Assembly (NCBI GenBank): GCA_963802505.1
Contig: CAWDJB010000002.1
Span: forward strand, 235,815 to 299,814
Direction: 5' to 3'
DNA: 64,000 nt
DNA from: an uncultured Acidimicrobiales bacterium
GTDB lineage: Bacteria; Actinomycetota; Acidimicrobiia; Acidimicrobiales; DATKAS01
The notes under the pieces were generated by a model. It saw only the letters and a list, made by a program, of their open reading frames with translations, was not told where the DNA came from and made no database searches. The position numbers were made by a program, and so were the translations under genes. Below are positions 32,402-43,575 of the stretch, one piece after another. The stretch's first letter is position 1; the number at the start of each line of letters is the position of its first letter.

Positions 32402-33529
32402 GTGACCTCGTCGGACCGACGCGACATTTCGATCCCCGGATCGCTCCTGCCCGCCGACGGCCGCTTCGGGTGCGGCCCGTCGAAGGTGCGTCCCGAGGCC
32501 GTGCGCGCGCTCGCTGACGTGGGTCAGAGCTACCTCGGCACGTCGCATCGCCAAGAGCCGGTGCGCGCAGTCGTGCGGTCGGTGCGCGCCGGCCTGATGT
32601 CGCTCTTCGGTCTGCCCGACGACTGGGAGATCGTGCTCGGCAACGGCGGATCGACCGCGTTCTGGGATGTCGCGACGTTCGGCCTCATCGAGCGACAGAG
32701 CCAGCACCTCGTGTTCGGCGAGTTCTCGTCGAAGTTCGCCGTCGCCGCGACCGCAGCGCCGCAGATCGACACGCCCGAGGTGATCGAAAGCGAGCCCGGT
32801 ACGCACCCGCATTCCATCGCGCGCGATGAGGTCGACGTGTACGCGCTCACCCACAACGAGACATCGACCGGCGTCGCGATGTCCTTGCAGCGCCCCCAAG
32901 GCGCCGACGGTCTCGTCGTCGTCGACGCGACATCGGCCGCGGGCGGCCTGCGGTGGTCGCCGAGCGAGGTCGACGTCTACTACTTCGCGCCGCAGAAGTG
33001 CTTCTCCTCTGACGGCGGCCTCTGGATCGCGGCGTGCTCGCCCGCCGCGCTCGCCCGCATCGAGCGGATCAGGGCGTCGGCACGGTGGTGCCCGGCGTCG
33101 CTCGACATCGCGATCGCGCTCGAGAACAGCCGGCTCGACCAGACGTACAACACGCCCGCGCTGGCGACGCTCTTCCTGCTCGATCAGCAGGTCCGTTGGA
33201 TGAACGAGAGCGGCGGGCTCGAGTTCGCGGCGTCGCGGTCAGACGAGTCGTCGTCGATCCTCTACGGCTGGGCCGAGAAGTCGTCCTATGCGACGCCTTT
33301 CGTCGCCGATCCTGGGCAGCGGTCTGCGGTGGTCGGCACCGTCGACCTGACCGGTGTCGACGCCCCGACCGTCTCGTCGGTGCTGCGCGACAACGGCATC
33401 GTGGACACCGACTCGTACCGCAAGCTCGGGCGAAATCAGCTGCGCATCGGCATGTTCCCGGCGGTCGATCCGTCGGACGTCGAGGCACTCACCCAGTGCG
33501 TCGACTGGGTCGTCGAACGCCTCGCCTGA
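32402..33529 (+). CDS. serC: Phosphoserine aminotransferase (actinobacterial SerC type)
   Basis: [43 protein letters not shown] and [17 protein letters not shown] closely follow the mycobacterial SerC pattern. Confidence 0.9.
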   Translation: MTSSDRRDISIPGSLLPADGRFGCGPSKVRPEAVRALADVGQSYLGTSHRQEPVRAVVRSVRAGLMSLFGLPDDWEIVLGNGGSTAFWDVATFGLIERQSQHLVFGEFSSKFAVAATAAPQIDTPEVIESEPGTHPHSIARDEVDVYALTHNETSTGVAMSLQRPQGADGLVVVDATSAAGGLRWSPSEVDVYYFAPQKCFSSDGGLWIAACSPAALARIERIRASARWCPASLDIAIALENSRLDQTYNTPALATLFLLDQQVRWMNESGGLEFAASRSDESSSILYGWAEKSSYATPFVADPGQRSAVVGTVDLTGVDAPTVSSVLRDNGIVDTDSYRKLGRNQLRIGMFPAVDPSDVEALTQCVDWVVERLA

Positions 33530-33545
33530 CCCGGGACTCCCGCCA

Positions 33546-33591
33546 GATTGGGCACTTGCCGCCTCATGCCGCGCCCAACTGCCCAATCCCG
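33546..33591. repeat. 46-bp direct repeat, left copy
   Basis: GATTGGGCACTTGCCGCCTCATGCCGCGCCCAACTGCCCAATCCCG matches 34559..34604 at 45/46 positions. It contains the internal inverted pair ATTGGGCA...TGCCCAAT. Confidence 0.9.
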
Positions 33592-34511
33592 AGCCGGGTT
33601 TGGGCGTGGTCGATCAACGTTCGCGTGCTCGAAACCAGGTACTCGTCCGACATCTTCGACGTGAACGTGAACGCGGTCCATTGCAACAGGACGAGCTCGT
33701 CGCGGCGAATGTGATCGCAGTCCCACTGCGAGCGGATCTGACCGTGGTACTCCCACGAGTCCACCTCGATCGCGATCTTCAGCTCGGGATACGCGAGATC
33801 GATGCGAACCTTCTTGCCGCCGAGGATCATGCGGTGCTGTTGCTTGGGCAGTGGCAGACCGCCTGCGGCGATTGCGCGCACTGCCCTCGTCTCGAGATCA
33901 CTCTCGCCGGGGTCGTAACCCGGCCACCGTTCTGCAAGCACCGCGTGCATCCCCTTCAAAGGGCGACCGGGACCAGGGTGCAGGCGGCCGACGCACCGTC
34001 GCACGTCGTCGAGCGTGCAGAGCTTGCGACGGAGCAGGTCGTCGAGCGCCTTGCCGAGCTGAGCGCGGGTCAGGCCGCCAGCGACGTCGACCAGCGCCCT
34101 CGCTGGACTGACGACGGGTATGCCACGTCGACTGGTGAGGTCGGCGTCGAACAGCTCCTTCGACCGACGCCCGACGACGCCCGACATCCGGATCTTCAGC
34201 TCGACGGCCTTGACGACCTCGATGGAGTCGGGCTGCTCGACGTACCGAACGTTCCAGAGGTGTCCGCCGGTGCGATGGGACGAATACGAGTCGGGTCCGG
34301 TGGCCAGCACGGTCGCCAGGACCATCTGCTCCCAGGAAGTCGGCGCGCCCGCGACCGCGTACACGCCTGGACGGATCTCGAACCAGACGCCGCGGCGCAA
34401 CAAGCTCGTGATCTGGGCTTCAGTGAGGCCTGCCTCAAAGGCTTGTACCCGCGTGATGAGCGCTCGTTGGCGCCGCGTGATTCGGTTGAGGTGGTGCATA
34501 GCCGCCGTCAT
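33564..34511 (-). CDS. AbiEi-like N-terminal domain / DUF559 (Vsr-like endonuclease fold) C-terminal domain protein
   Basis: From ATG 34511 (MTAAMHHLNRITRRQRALITRVQAFEAGLTEAQITSLLRRGVW..IRPGVY). The C-terminus is RIDLAYPELKIAIEVDSWEYHG...RD. Its stop codon lies inside the left 46-bp repeat. Confidence 0.75.
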   Translation of the reverse strand: MTAAMHHLNRITRRQRALITRVQAFEAGLTEAQITSLLRRGVWFEIRPGVYAVAGAPTSWEQMVLATVLATGPDSYSSHRTGGHLWNVRYVEQPDSIEVVKAVELKIRMSGVVGRRSKELFDADLTSRRGIPVVSPARALVDVAGGLTRAQLGKALDDLLRRKLCTLDDVRRCVGRLHPGPGRPLKGMHAVLAERWPGYDPGESDLETRAVRAIAAGGLPLPKQQHRMILGGKKVRIDLAYPELKIAIEVDSWEYHGQIRSQWDCDHIRRDELVLLQWTAFTFTSKMSDEYLVSSTRTLIDHAQTRLGIGQLGAA

Positions 34512-34558
34512 GACCCGACACAGTGCCCAGGGGGTGTGACATTCCCCGAGTCCCTCGG

Positions 34559-34604
34559 GATTGGGCACTTGCCGCCTCATGTCGCGCCCAACTGCCCAAT
34601 CCCG
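34559..34604. repeat. 46-bp direct repeat, right copy
   Basis: Same 46-mer as 33546..33591 with one C/T difference. It lies 48 nt upstream of the DUF559 gene start. Confidence 0.9.
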
Positions 34605-34643
34605 CGGCGAGGCGGCGAGGCGGCGAGGGGGCGAGGCGACGAG
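34604..34643. repeat. Tandem 8-mer microsatellite (GCGGCGAG x5, last two copies degenerate)
   Basis: GCGGCGAG GCGGCGAG GCGGCGAG GGGGCGAG GCGACGAG lies directly between the right 46-bp repeat and the ilvC stop codon (34652). Confidence 0.8.
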
Positions 34644-34651
34644 GAGTCGGC

Positions 34652-35680
34652 CTAGCCGCCGGAGGCGTCGCTCACCTTCTGCCTGCCGGCCGAGATCCAG
34701 GGCATCATTGCTCGCAGCTCGGCGCCGGTCTTCTCGATCGGGTGCTCACGGCCCGCCCCGCGCAACGCATTGAACCTGGCTCGACCGGAGTCGGACTCGG
34801 CGACCCACTCCTCGGCGAACTTGCCCGAGGTGATCTCGTCGAGGATCTTCTTCATCTCCGCCCGCGTCGTGTCGGTGATGATCCGCGGCCCGCGGGTCAC
34901 ATCGCCGTACTCGGCGGTGTCGGAGATCGAGTACCGCATGCCGGCGATGCCCTCTTCGTACATGAGGTCGACGATGAGCTTCACCTCGTGCAGGCACTCG
35001 AAGTACGCCATCTCGGGCTGGTACCCAGCGTCGACGAGCGTCTCGAAGCCCGCCTGCACGAGCGACGTCAGCCCACCGCACAGCACCACCTGCTCGCCGA
35101 ACAGGTCGGTCTCGGTCTCCTCGGCGAACGTGGTCTCGATGACCCCCGCCCTCGTGCCACCGATCGAGTCGGCGTAGGCCAGGGCGAGGTCACGTGCCTT
35201 GCCCGTCGCGTCCTGCTCGACCGCGATCAAGGCGGGTACGCCGCCACCCTCGGTGTACGTGCGGCGCACGAGGTGCCCGGGGCCCTTCGGCGCCACCATC
35301 GCGACGTCGACGCCCTCGGGCGGCGTGATGCGGCCGAAGCGGATGTTGAAGCCGTGAGCGAAGAGCAGCGCGTCACCCGCCTGCAGGTGCGGCGCGATCG
35401 ACTCCTCGTACACCCGCTTCTGCTCGGTGTCGGGCAGCAGCATCATGATCACGTCGGCTTCCGCCGCGGCCTGGTCGATCGGCACGACGCGCAGGCCGGC
35501 GGCTTCCGCCTTGGCGCCAGACGACGAACCCGCGCGCAAACCGACGCGCACGTCGATGCCCGAGTCCTTCAGGTTGAGCGCGTGGGCATGACCCTGCGAG
35601 CCGTAACCGATGATCGCGACCTTGCGACCCGCGATCAGCGCGTGATCGGCGTCGCGCTCGTAGTACACGTTGGCTGCCAT
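34652..35680 (-). CDS. ilvC: Ketol-acid reductoisomerase
   Basis: [21 protein letters not shown], class I KARI, 342 aa. Confidence 0.95.
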   Translation of the reverse strand: MAANVYYERDADHALIAGRKVAIIGYGSQGHAHALNLKDSGIDVRVGLRAGSSSGAKAEAAGLRVVPIDQAAAEADVIMMLLPDTEQKRVYEESIAPHLQAGDALLFAHGFNIRFGRITPPEGVDVAMVAPKGPGHLVRRTYTEGGGVPALIAVEQDATGKARDLALAYADSIGGTRAGVIETTFAEETETDLFGEQVVLCGGLTSLVQAGFETLVDAGYQPEMAYFECLHEVKLIVDLMYEEGIAGMRYSISDTAEYGDVTRGPRIITDTTRAEMKKILDEITSGKFAEEWVAESDSGRARFNALRGAGREHPIEKTGAELRAMMPWISAGRQKVSDASGG

Positions 35681-36213
35681 CAGCTTGCCCTTCCCTTCAG
35701 CGAGCGAAGGCGAGCAGCCTCGCGCTCCAACTTGGGCAGCGCCACCCGGCCGGTGCGCTGCAGCTCGACGAAACCGTAGGGTCGCAGCATCTCCTCGAAG
35801 TCATCGACCTTGTCGGGATGACCCTCGAGCGACACCGTCATCGCGTCGGTCGCGACCGCGAGGATCTTCCCCTCGAAGATGCGCACGAGCTCGAGCACTT
35901 GGCTCCGCTGCGACGTCTCGGCTCGGACAGTGGCGAGCAGCAGCTCGCGCTCGACCGCGTACCGCGGATCGAGCTCGTTGATGCGCACGACGCTGATGAT
36001 CTTGAAGAGCTGCTTCACGATCTGCTCGAGCGGCGCCGACTCGACGTCGACCACGATGGTGATGCGGCTGAACCGCTCGTCCTCGGTCGGCGCGACCGCG
36101 AGCGAGAAGATGTTGTAGCCGCGGCGGGCGAACAGGCTGGCGACGCGCGCGAGCACGCCCGACTTGTTCTCGACGAGCACCGAGAGGATGTGATGCTGCG
36201 GCGCCGCGTTCAT
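35680..36213 (-). CDS. ilvN: Acetolactate synthase small (regulatory) subunit
   Basis: ACT domain [33 protein letters not shown]. Overlaps ilvB by 4 nt and ilvC by 1 nt. Confidence 0.95.
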   Translation of the reverse strand: MNAAPQHHILSVLVENKSGVLARVASLFARRGYNIFSLAVAPTEDERFSRITIVVDVESAPLEQIVKQLFKIISVVRINELDPRYAVERELLLATVRAETSQRSQVLELVRIFEGKILAVATDAMTVSLEGHPDKVDDFEEMLRPYGFVELQRTGRVALPKLEREAARLRSLKGRAS

Positions 36214-37940
36214 CGCAGCATGCCCTTGTCTTGTCCGGGCGAGAGCACGATGTCGTCGTTCGACTGGCCGGCGGGCACCATCGGGAACACCTTCTCGCCG
36301 GAATCGGTGCGGAACTCGACGACGACCGGGCGATCGTCGATCTCGTTCGCCTTGTCGATCGCGGGCTGCACCTCTTCAGGGGACTCGACGCGGATGCCGA
36401 TGCAACCCATGGCCTCGGCCCAGCCCACATAGTCGGGCAGGTCGGGCGACAGGTACACCTCGGAGTAGCGCTCGTCGTAGAACATCTCCTGCCACTGCCG
36501 CACCATGCCGAGGTAGGCGTTGTTCAGGATCGCGACCTTGATCGGGATGCGCTCGGTCGACGCGGTGACGAGCTCTTGCGCCGTCATCTGGAAGCAGCCA
36601 TCGCCGTCGACCGCCCACACCATGCGGTCGGGCCGACCGACCTTCGCGCCGATCGCCGCCGGGACGGCGAAGCCCATGGTGCCGAGGCCACCGGAGTTGA
36701 CCCACGTGTAGGGATGGCGGAACTTCCAGTACTGCGACGCCCACATCTGGTGCTGGCCGACACCCGAGACGACGATGCAGTCCTCGGGAGCGGAGTCGCG
36801 CAGCACCTCGAGGCAGAACTGGGGCTTCAGGGCTTCGCCGGGCTCGGACGCCTCATAGGTCAGCGGGAACATCTCACGCCACCCGCTGATCTTGCTCTTC
36901 CACGCGCCGATGTCGGCCTGGACCGTGCCGTTGTCGAGCATCGCCCTGATGTTGCGGACGATCTCCTCGATGACGAGCCGGCAGTCGCCGACGATCGGCA
37001 CGTCGGGACGGCGCACCTTGCCCTGCTCGGCGGGATCGATGTCGACATGGATGACCTTGGCTTCGGGAGCGAACGCCCCGACCTTGCCCGTGACCCGGTC
37101 GTCGAATCGCGACCCGAGCGCGATCAGGAGATCGCACTTCTGCATCGCCGTGACCGCTGTCGCGTTGCCGTGCATGCCCGGCATGCCCAGGCAGAGCGGG
37201 TGGTCGTCCGGAAACGCGCCCCGCGCCATCAACGTCGTGACCACGTGGATGCCGGTGAGCTCGGCCAGCTCGCGCAGCGCGTCAGCCGCACGCGCCTTCA
37301 AGATGCCGCCACCGGCGTAGATCACCGGTCGCTCCGACTCGAGGATCAGCCGCGCCGCCTCGCGGATCATCCGCGGATGACCCTTCGTCGTCGGCTTGTA
37401 ACCGGGCAGATCGACGGACTCGGGCCACCACCAGTCCATCGACGCCTGCAGCACGTCCTTCGGCACGTCGACGAGCACGGGGCCGGGGCGTCCGGTCGTT
37501 GCGATGTGGAACGCCTCACGAATCGCCCGCGGGATCTCCTCCGCCGTCATCACGAGCTCGTTGTGCTTGGTCACCGAGCGCGTGATGCCGACGGTGTCGC
37601 ACTCCTGGAACGCGTCGGTGCCGATCGCCGCAGTAGGCACCTGGCCGGTGATCGCCACCATCGGGATCGAGTCCATGTACGCGTCACAAAGCGGGGTCAC
37701 GAGGTTCGTCGCCGCGGGCCCACTCGTCACCATCGCGACGCCGGGCCGGCCCGTGACGTGCGCATATCCCTCGGCCATGTGGCCAGCGCCCTGCTCGTGG
37801 CGCACGAGGATGTGGCGGATCGACGAGTCGAGGATCGGGTCGTACGCCGGCAGGATGCACCCGCCGGGCAGGCCGAACATGACCTCGACCCCTTCCATCT
37901 CCAGTGACTTGATGAGGGCTTGCGCCCCGGTCAGCTGCAT
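36210..37940 (-). CDS. ilvB: Acetolactate synthase large subunit
   Basis: From ATG 37940, preceded by [33 protein letters not shown], with the ThDP motif [16 protein letters not shown]...DGDGCFQM...LNN. Confidence 0.95.
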   Translation of the reverse strand: MQLTGAQALIKSLEMEGVEVMFGLPGGCILPAYDPILDSSIRHILVRHEQGAGHMAEGYAHVTGRPGVAMVTSGPAATNLVTPLCDAYMDSIPMVAITGQVPTAAIGTDAFQECDTVGITRSVTKHNELVMTAEEIPRAIREAFHIATTGRPGPVLVDVPKDVLQASMDWWWPESVDLPGYKPTTKGHPRMIREAARLILESERPVIYAGGGILKARAADALRELAELTGIHVVTTLMARGAFPDDHPLCLGMPGMHGNATAVTAMQKCDLLIALGSRFDDRVTGKVGAFAPEAKVIHVDIDPAEQGKVRRPDVPIVGDCRLVIEEIVRNIRAMLDNGTVQADIGAWKSKISGWREMFPLTYEASEPGEALKPQFCLEVLRDSAPEDCIVVSGVGQHQMWASQYWKFRHPYTWVNSGGLGTMGFAVPAAIGAKVGRPDRMVWAVDGDGCFQMTAQELVTASTERIPIKVAILNNAYLGMVRQWQEMFYDERYSEVYLSPDLPDYVGWAEAMGCIGIRVESPEEVQPAIDKANEIDDRPVVVEFRTDSGEKVFPMVPAGQSNDDIVLSPGQDKGMLR

Positions 37941-37981
37941 CACTTGCTCCTTGCTGTGAACCTGTGCCGAATTGAAACGAG

Positions 37982-38083
37982 CCGTAAAACTGAAACGACC
38001 TCCCGGTTGGGAGGTCGGACAGCGCACGCGGGTATGAAAAGCGTGCGCTAAGTGCCTACGAGAATCGCGAGGCCGAAAGTCAT
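37982..38083 (-). promoter_or_regulatory. Branched-chain leader-peptide attenuator of ilvBNC
   Basis: On the minus strand, a leader ORF at 38083..38048 encodes [11 protein letters not shown]-stop (Leu, Ile, Leu, Val clustered). Hairpin AGCGCACGC-N11-GCGTGCGCT (38049..38021) starts inside the TAG stop. Then comes an 8-bp stem GACCTCCC-AACC-GGGAGGTC (38016..37997) followed by GTTTCAGTTTTAC. The ilvB ATG is 42 nt further on. Confidence 0.65.
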
Positions 38084-38109
38084 CGGCGTGAGTGTAACAC
38101 TGCGACCCC

Positions 38110-38502
38110 ATGTCAGGCGAGTACGCACCGTTTCTCGAGTCGGGTGAACAGGTCGAGTACGTCGTGAAGGCACTGTCCGGGATCAACCGATGGCTCGGCC
38201 TGGGCATCGCAACCTTCATAGGGCTCGGGATCTCGCTGCTGATCGGAAGCGTCGTGATCGGGCTGCTCGCCCTGTTTCTCGTGTTCACCCGCCTCTACGT
38301 GCGCCGGCTCATCGTGGTCACGGACCGCGCCGTCGTGCTCATGGCCGGGCGCCGGTTCACCTTCAAACCGAGCGCGGTGATCGAGCGGTTCCCCCGGGAC
38401 ACCCCGCTCACGCCCTTGAAGGGGCTGTGGCTCGAGCTGCATCTCGGCGACCATCGGCTGTTCGTGACTGCCCGGTCGCTCAGAGCACTCAGGCTTCGGT
38501 GA
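38110..38502 (+). CDS. Small membrane protein, function unknown
   Basis: 130 aa with a two-helix hairpin ([32 protein letters not shown]) followed by a soluble tail. High GC3. Confidence 0.5.
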   Translation: MSGEYAPFLESGEQVEYVVKALSGINRWLGLGIATFIGLGISLLIGSVVIGLLALFLVFTRLYVRRLIVVTDRAVVLMAGRRFTFKPSAVIERFPRDTPLTPLKGLWLELHLGDHRLFVTARSLRALRLR

Positions 38503-40174
38503 TCGCGCCCCTCTCGGCTCCGGTGACCAACCGTGCGAACTTCGCCAGCGCGCCACGGGTGTAGCGAGGCTCGGGCAGCTTCCACTCCTCGCGCCGGCGC
38601 GCCAGCTCGGCGGGGTCGACGAGCACGTCGAGCGACTTGCTGTGGATGTCGATCACGATGCGATCGCCGTCGCGCACGAACGCGATCGGGCCTCCGTCGA
38701 CGGCTTCGGGAGCGACGTGACCGATGCTGAACCCCCATGTGCCACCCGAGAACCGGCCGTCGGTGACGAGCGCACAGTCGGCGCCGCGACCCGCTCCCTT
38801 CAGCGCGCCCGTGACCGCGAGCATCTCGCGCATCCCCGGCCCGCCCTTGGGGCCCTCGTAGCGGATGACGATCACCGTGCCGGGCTCGATGCGTCCGCCG
38901 AGGATCGCCTCCATCGCGCCGTCCTCGCCGTCGAAGACGCGAGCCGATCCTTCGAAGTGCAGCTGGTCGTGCGTGAGGCCCGCCACCTTCACGACCGAGC
39001 CCTTGGGAGCGAGCGACCCCTGGAGGATGACGAGCCCACCCTCGGGATGGATCGGATCGGACAACGGGTGGACCACGCGGCCATCGGGATCAGGCGGCGA
39101 CAACGCGTCGAGGTTCTCGGCCATCGTCTTGCCGGTCACCGTGAGGCAGTCGCCGTGCAGCAGCCCGGCATCGAGGAGGTGGCGCATCACGACCGGGACG
39201 CCGCCGACCGCGTCGAGATCGACCATGTGGAAACGCCCGCCCGGCTTCAGGTCGGCGATGTGAGCGACGCGGGAGCCGACCGCGTTGAAGTCGTCGAGCG
39301 ACAGCTCGACCTCCGCCTCGTTCGCCATCGCGAGGAGATGCAGGACGGCGTTCGTCGACCCGCCGAGCGCGTTCGTGACCGCGATCGCGTTCTCGAACGC
39401 TTCCTTCGTCATGATCTGCCGCGGACGGATGCCGAGCTCGAGCAGGTTCATGACCGCGCGGCCGGCGTGATACGCGTCGTCGTCGCGGCGCCGATCGACG
39501 GCCGGCGGTGACGCGCTGCCGGGCAACGACATGCCGATCGCCTCGCCGATCGCGGCCATCGTGTTCGCCGTGAACATGCCTGCGCACGAGCCCTCGGTGG
39601 GGCACGCGTTTCTCTCGATCTGACCGAGCTCATCGGCGGTGATCGTGCCCGCCGCACATGCCCCGACGCCTTCGAAGACGCTCACGATGTCGAGCGCGAC
39701 GCCGTTGTGGTGCCCGGGAAGGATGGAGCCGCCGTAGACGAACACGGATGGCAGGTTGAGGCGGGCTGCAGCCATCAGCATCCCGGGAAGGCTTTTGTCG
39801 CATCCGGCCAACGCGACGAGCGCGTCGAAGCGCTCGGCGTGCATCACCGTCTCGACCGAGTCGGCGATCAGCTCACGGCTCACGAGCGACGCCCGCATGC
39901 CCTCGTGGCCCATCGAGATGCCGTCGCTCACCGCGATCGTCACGAACTCGAGGGGGAACCCACCGCCGACCCGCACGCCGTCCTTGGCCCGCTGCGCGAG
40001 TCGAGCGAGCGGCATGTTGCACGGCGTCACCTCGTTCCAGGACGAGGCCACGCCCACTTGAGCCTTGTCCCAGTCCTCGTCGCCCATGCCGACGGCTCGG
40101 AGCATCGCTCGCGCGCCGGCCTTCGCGTTGCCGTCCGTGACGTCGTGGCTTCGGATCTTCAACGGGTTCGCCAT
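38489..40174 (-). CDS. ilvD: Dihydroxy-acid dehydratase
   Basis: 561 aa with IlvD/Edd motifs ([24 protein letters not shown]-like [14 protein letters not shown]). Confidence 0.95.
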   Translation of the reverse strand: MANPLKIRSHDVTDGNAKAGARAMLRAVGMGDEDWDKAQVGVASSWNEVTPCNMPLARLAQRAKDGVRVGGGFPLEFVTIAVSDGISMGHEGMRASLVSRELIADSVETVMHAERFDALVALAGCDKSLPGMLMAAARLNLPSVFVYGGSILPGHHNGVALDIVSVFEGVGACAAGTITADELGQIERNACPTEGSCAGMFTANTMAAIGEAIGMSLPGSASPPAVDRRRDDDAYHAGRAVMNLLELGIRPRQIMTKEAFENAIAVTNALGGSTNAVLHLLAMANEAEVELSLDDFNAVGSRVAHIADLKPGGRFHMVDLDAVGGVPVVMRHLLDAGLLHGDCLTVTGKTMAENLDALSPPDPDGRVVHPLSDPIHPEGGLVILQGSLAPKGSVVKVAGLTHDQLHFEGSARVFDGEDGAMEAILGGRIEPGTVIVIRYEGPKGGPGMREMLAVTGALKGAGRGADCALVTDGRFSGGTWGFSIGHVAPEAVDGGPIAFVRDGDRIVIDIHSKSLDVLVDPAELARRREEWKLPEPRYTRGALAKFARLVTGAERGAITEA

Positions 40175-40197
40175 GGCCGCGAGCCTACGGTGCAGTC

Positions 40198-41520
40198 GTG
40201 AAGGGGCTCGAACGGCACTCCCTGGATCGCGAGATCCTCGGCCTGGCGGTCCCGGCGTTCTTCACGCTGATCGCCGAGCCGCTGTACGTGCTCGCCGACA
40301 CCGCGGTGGTCGGTCATCTCGGCACTCCCCAGCTCGCCGGCGTCGCCGCCGCGACCACCGTGCTCCTGACCGGCTACTCGCTTTGCATCTTCCTCGCGAT
40401 GGGCACGACCGCCGCGGTCGCCCGACTCCTCGGCGCCGGCCTGCGCCAGGCAGCCGCGCACACTGCAGTGCAGGCGATCTGGCTCGGGCTCGCGATCGGG
40501 ATCGCGCTCGCGGGCCTCGGCTACGTGTTCACCGATCCGCTCCTGGACCTCGTCGGTGTCGAGGGCGCAGCACTCGCATACGCACATGTGTACTTCCGCA
40601 TCAGCCTTCTGGGGGTCCCCGCGCTCCTGGTCTCGCTCGCATGCGTGGGCTACCTGCGGGGCGGCAAGCGAGTGCGGATCCCACTCGCAGTCGCAGTGAT
40701 CTCGAATGTGATCAACCTCGCCTTCGAGCTCGTCCTCATCTACGGGTTCGGCTATGGCGTGGGGGCGTCTGCTCTCACGACGGTCGTGGTGCAGGTGGGC
40801 GCGGCCACCGTCTATGCGCTCGTCGTCCTGCGCGCCGCCGTCTCGGAGGGTGCCGGCCTGCGGCCGGACCGCCACGCGATCCGCTCGGCGGGGAGTGACG
40901 GTTGGCTCCTGTTCCTGCGCACCTTCTTCCTCAGGGGTGCGTTCTTCGTCCTCACGGCTGCCGCCGCGCGCCTCGGCGAGGTCGAGCTCGCCGCCCAGCA
41001 GATCGCTCTGCAGATCTGGACGTTGCTCGCACTCGCGCTCGACTCGCTCGAGGTCGCCGCGCAGACCCTCGTCGGGCAAGCGCTCGGTGGAGGCTCAGCC
41101 GGAGGCGCGCAGCTCGCCGCGCGCCGGACCTTGCGATGGGGCACCGGCTTCGGGTGCGCGGCGGGAGTCGTCGTCCTCGCGCTTCACAACGTGCTTCCGG
41201 ACCTCTTCAGCGACGATCCCGCGGTCACGTCGCTGGCCAGCTTCCTGTTGGTGTGGGTCGCCATCAGCCAACCGCTCGGCGGGCCGGCGTTCGTGCTCGA
41301 CGGCGTCCTTGTCGGCTCGGGCGACCTCGGCTTCCTGGCGAAGGCGATGGCGGCGATCTGCCTCATCGTGATCGTCGGCGAGCCGATCGTGCTCTGGCTG
41401 GGCGGTGGCATCGGCTGGCTGTGGGCCGTGTTCACGGTGTTCATGGCCGCGCGAGTCGTGGTGCTCGGCCGGCGCGCGATGACCAACCGGTGGGCCGTCA
41501 CGGGAGCGACTCGCCGCTAG
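40198..41520 (+). CDS. MATE-family efflux transporter (DinF-like)
   Basis: 440 aa, 12 predicted helices, N-terminus [32 protein letters not shown]. Confidence 0.85.
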   Translation: MKGLERHSLDREILGLAVPAFFTLIAEPLYVLADTAVVGHLGTPQLAGVAAATTVLLTGYSLCIFLAMGTTAAVARLLGAGLRQAAAHTAVQAIWLGLAIGIALAGLGYVFTDPLLDLVGVEGAALAYAHVYFRISLLGVPALLVSLACVGYLRGGKRVRIPLAVAVISNVINLAFELVLIYGFGYGVGASALTTVVVQVGAATVYALVVLRAAVSEGAGLRPDRHAIRSAGSDGWLLFLRTFFLRGAFFVLTAAAARLGEVELAAQQIALQIWTLLALALDSLEVAAQTLVGQALGGGSAGGAQLAARRTLRWGTGFGCAAGVVVLALHNVLPDLFSDDPAVTSLASFLLVWVAISQPLGGPAFVLDGVLVGSGDLGFLAKAMAAICLIVIVGEPIVLWLGGGIGWLWAVFTVFMAARVVVLGRRAMTNRWAVTGATRR

Positions 41521-41529
41521 GTTCGCCGA

Positions 41530-43575
41530 ATGCAGAAGCCCCCGGTCGCCAAGCGGGTCCCGGTGACGAGCGTGCGCAACGACCACGAAGTCGTCGACGA
41601 GTACGCGTGGCTCCGCGACCGCGACGACCCCGACACGGTCGCCTACCTCGAAGCTGAGAACACGTTCACGGAGGAGTGGTTCGCGCCCCTCGCCGAGCTT
41701 CAGGACCGGATCTTCGACGAGATCAAGAGCCGCATCCTCGAGACCGACCTCTCGGTTCCGGCACGACGCGGGCCCTGGTGGTACGTGACGCGCACCGAAG
41801 AGGGCAGGCAGTACCCGATCTTCTGCCGGCGTCCCCACCGCGACGACGACGCCGAGGAGCAGATCCTCATCGATTCGAACGCACTGGCCGAAGGCCACGA
41901 GTACTTCGAGCTCGGCGCCCTCGACGTGAGCCCGAGCCACCGATTGCTCGCGTACGCCACTGACGTCACCGGTGCCGAGGTCTTCACCATGCGCATCCGC
42001 GACCTCGAGACCGGGCAGGACCTCCCCGACCTGATCGAGGGCACGCAGTACGGCACCGCCTGGTCGAAGGACGACCGGTACCTCTTCTACACGCGACCCG
42101 ACGACGCGTGGCGCTCGTACCAGATCTGGCGGCACGAGCTCGCCACCGACGCCTCGACCGACGTGCTCGTGTTCCAGGAAGACGACAGCCACTTCGACGT
42201 CGGTGTCGACAACACCCGCAACGGGCAGTTCGTCGTCATCAACACCGAGAGCCGGACGACGAGTGAGGTCTGGCTCGTCGACGCCGCCGATCCCCTGGCA
42301 CCGGCCCGGCTCATCGCCGCGCGTGATCCCGGCGTGGAGTACAGCGTCGACGTCCAGGGCGACCGGTTGCTGATCGTGACCAACCTCGAAGCCGTCGACT
42401 TCCGGCTCGTCGAGGCACCCGTCGACAGCGTCGGACGTGACTCGTGGACCGACGTGCTGCCGCACCGTCCGGGCGTGCGCCTGTTCGGCGTCGACGCGTT
42501 CGCGGGCCACGTCGTCGCTTACGAGTGGGCCGACGCGCTGCCGACGTTGCGGGTGATCCGTTCCGACGGCACGCAGTTCGTGATCGACCAGCCTGAGGCC
42601 GCGTTCTCGCTCTCCGCGGGCACGAACCTCGAATACGAGACGTCGACGTACCGCTTCAACTACCAGTCGCTGATCACGCCGCCGTCGGTGTTCGACGTCG
42701 ATCTCGTCACCGGAGCTCGAGTTCTCCTGAAGCAACAGCCGGTGCTCGGCGGGTTCGACCCGGCCGAGTACGAGACCGCCCGTCTCTGGGCCGAGGCGAC
42801 CGACGGCACCAAGGTGCCGATCTCACTCGTCGCGAAGAAGGACCTGCCCCGAGACGGCTCCAACCCGGCGGTGCTCTACGGCTACGGGTCCTACGAGTCG
42901 ATCGTCGCCCCCTGGTTCTCGTGGCCGCGGCTCAGCCTCCTCGATCGGGGCTTCGTGTTCGCGGTCGCGCACGTCCGTGGCGGGGGCGAGCTCGGGCGGC
43001 GCTGGTACCTCGACGGCAAGCTGTTGCACAAGCGCAACACGTTCACCGACTTCGTGGCGTGCGCCGAGCACCTCGTCGCCGAAGGCTGGACGAGCGCCGA
43101 TCGCATGGCGATCCGGGGCGCCAGTGCCGGCGGGCTCCTCGTCGGGGCGGCGGTGAACCTGCGACCTGACCTCTTCGCGTCCGTCGTGGCCGAAGTGCCC
43201 TTCGTCGACGTCGTGAACTCGATGCTCGACGAGACCCTGCCGCTCACGGTGTCGGAGTGGGAGGAGTGGGGCAATCCCAAGGAGCCCGAGTTCGAGGCGT
43301 ACATGTCGTCGTACGCGCCGTACGAGAACGTCGCCGCCGTCGCTCACCCGGCGATCTTCGCGACCGCGGGCTTCAACGACCCGCGCGTGAGCTACCACGA
43401 ACCGGCGAAGTGGGTCGCCCGCCTCCGCGCCAACAGCACGGGCTCGAAGCCGTTGCTCTTGAAGACCGAGATGGTCGCAGGGCACGGCGGCAAGTCGGGC
43501 CGGTACGACGCGTGGCGCGAGGAAGCCGAGGTGCTCGCGTTCATCGTCGCGACCGTCGGGGTCAGCGAAGGCTGA
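41530..43575 (+). CDS. ptrB: Oligopeptidase B / prolyl oligopeptidase family S9A
   Basis: 681 aa with an N-terminal beta-propeller region (DEYAWLRDRDDP, YLEAENTFTE) and a catalytic domain with GASAGGLLVG. Confidence 0.85.
   Translation: MQKPPVAKRVPVTSVRNDHEVVDEYAWLRDRDDPDTVAYLEAENTFTEEWFAPLAELQDRIFDEIKSRILETDLSVPARRGPWWYVTRTEEGRQYPIFCRRPHRDDDAEEQILIDSNALAEGHEYFELGALDVSPSHRLLAYATDVTGAEVFTMRIRDLETGQDLPDLIEGTQYGTAWSKDDRYLFYTRPDDAWRSYQIWRHELATDASTDVLVFQEDDSHFDVGVDNTRNGQFVVINTESRTTSEVWLVDAADPLAPARLIAARDPGVEYSVDVQGDRLLIVTNLEAVDFRLVEAPVDSVGRDSWTDVLPHRPGVRLFGVDAFAGHVVAYEWADALPTLRVIRSDGTQFVIDQPEAAFSLSAGTNLEYETSTYRFNYQSLITPPSVFDVDLVTGARVLLKQQPVLGGFDPAEYETARLWAEATDGTKVPISLVAKKDLPRDGSNPAVLYGYGSYESIVAPWFSWPRLSLLDRGFVFAVAHVRGGGELGRRWYLDGKLLHKRNTFTDFVACAEHLVAEGWTSADRMAIRGASAGGLLVGAAVNLRPDLFASVVAEVPFVDVVNSMLDETLPLTVSEWEEWGNPKEPEFEAYMSSYAPYENVAAVAHPAIFATAGFNDPRVSYHEPAKWVARLRANSTGSKPLLLKTEMVAGHGGKSGRYDAWREEAEVLAFIVATVGVSEG

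Noticed and set aside
34604-34643. The 8-mer tandem array, and the 46-bp repeats, as a CRISPR-like array.
   Set aside because: The 8-mer units are contiguous with no spacers. The 46-bp repeats occur only twice, ~1 kb apart, around a protein-coding gene. There are no cas genes.
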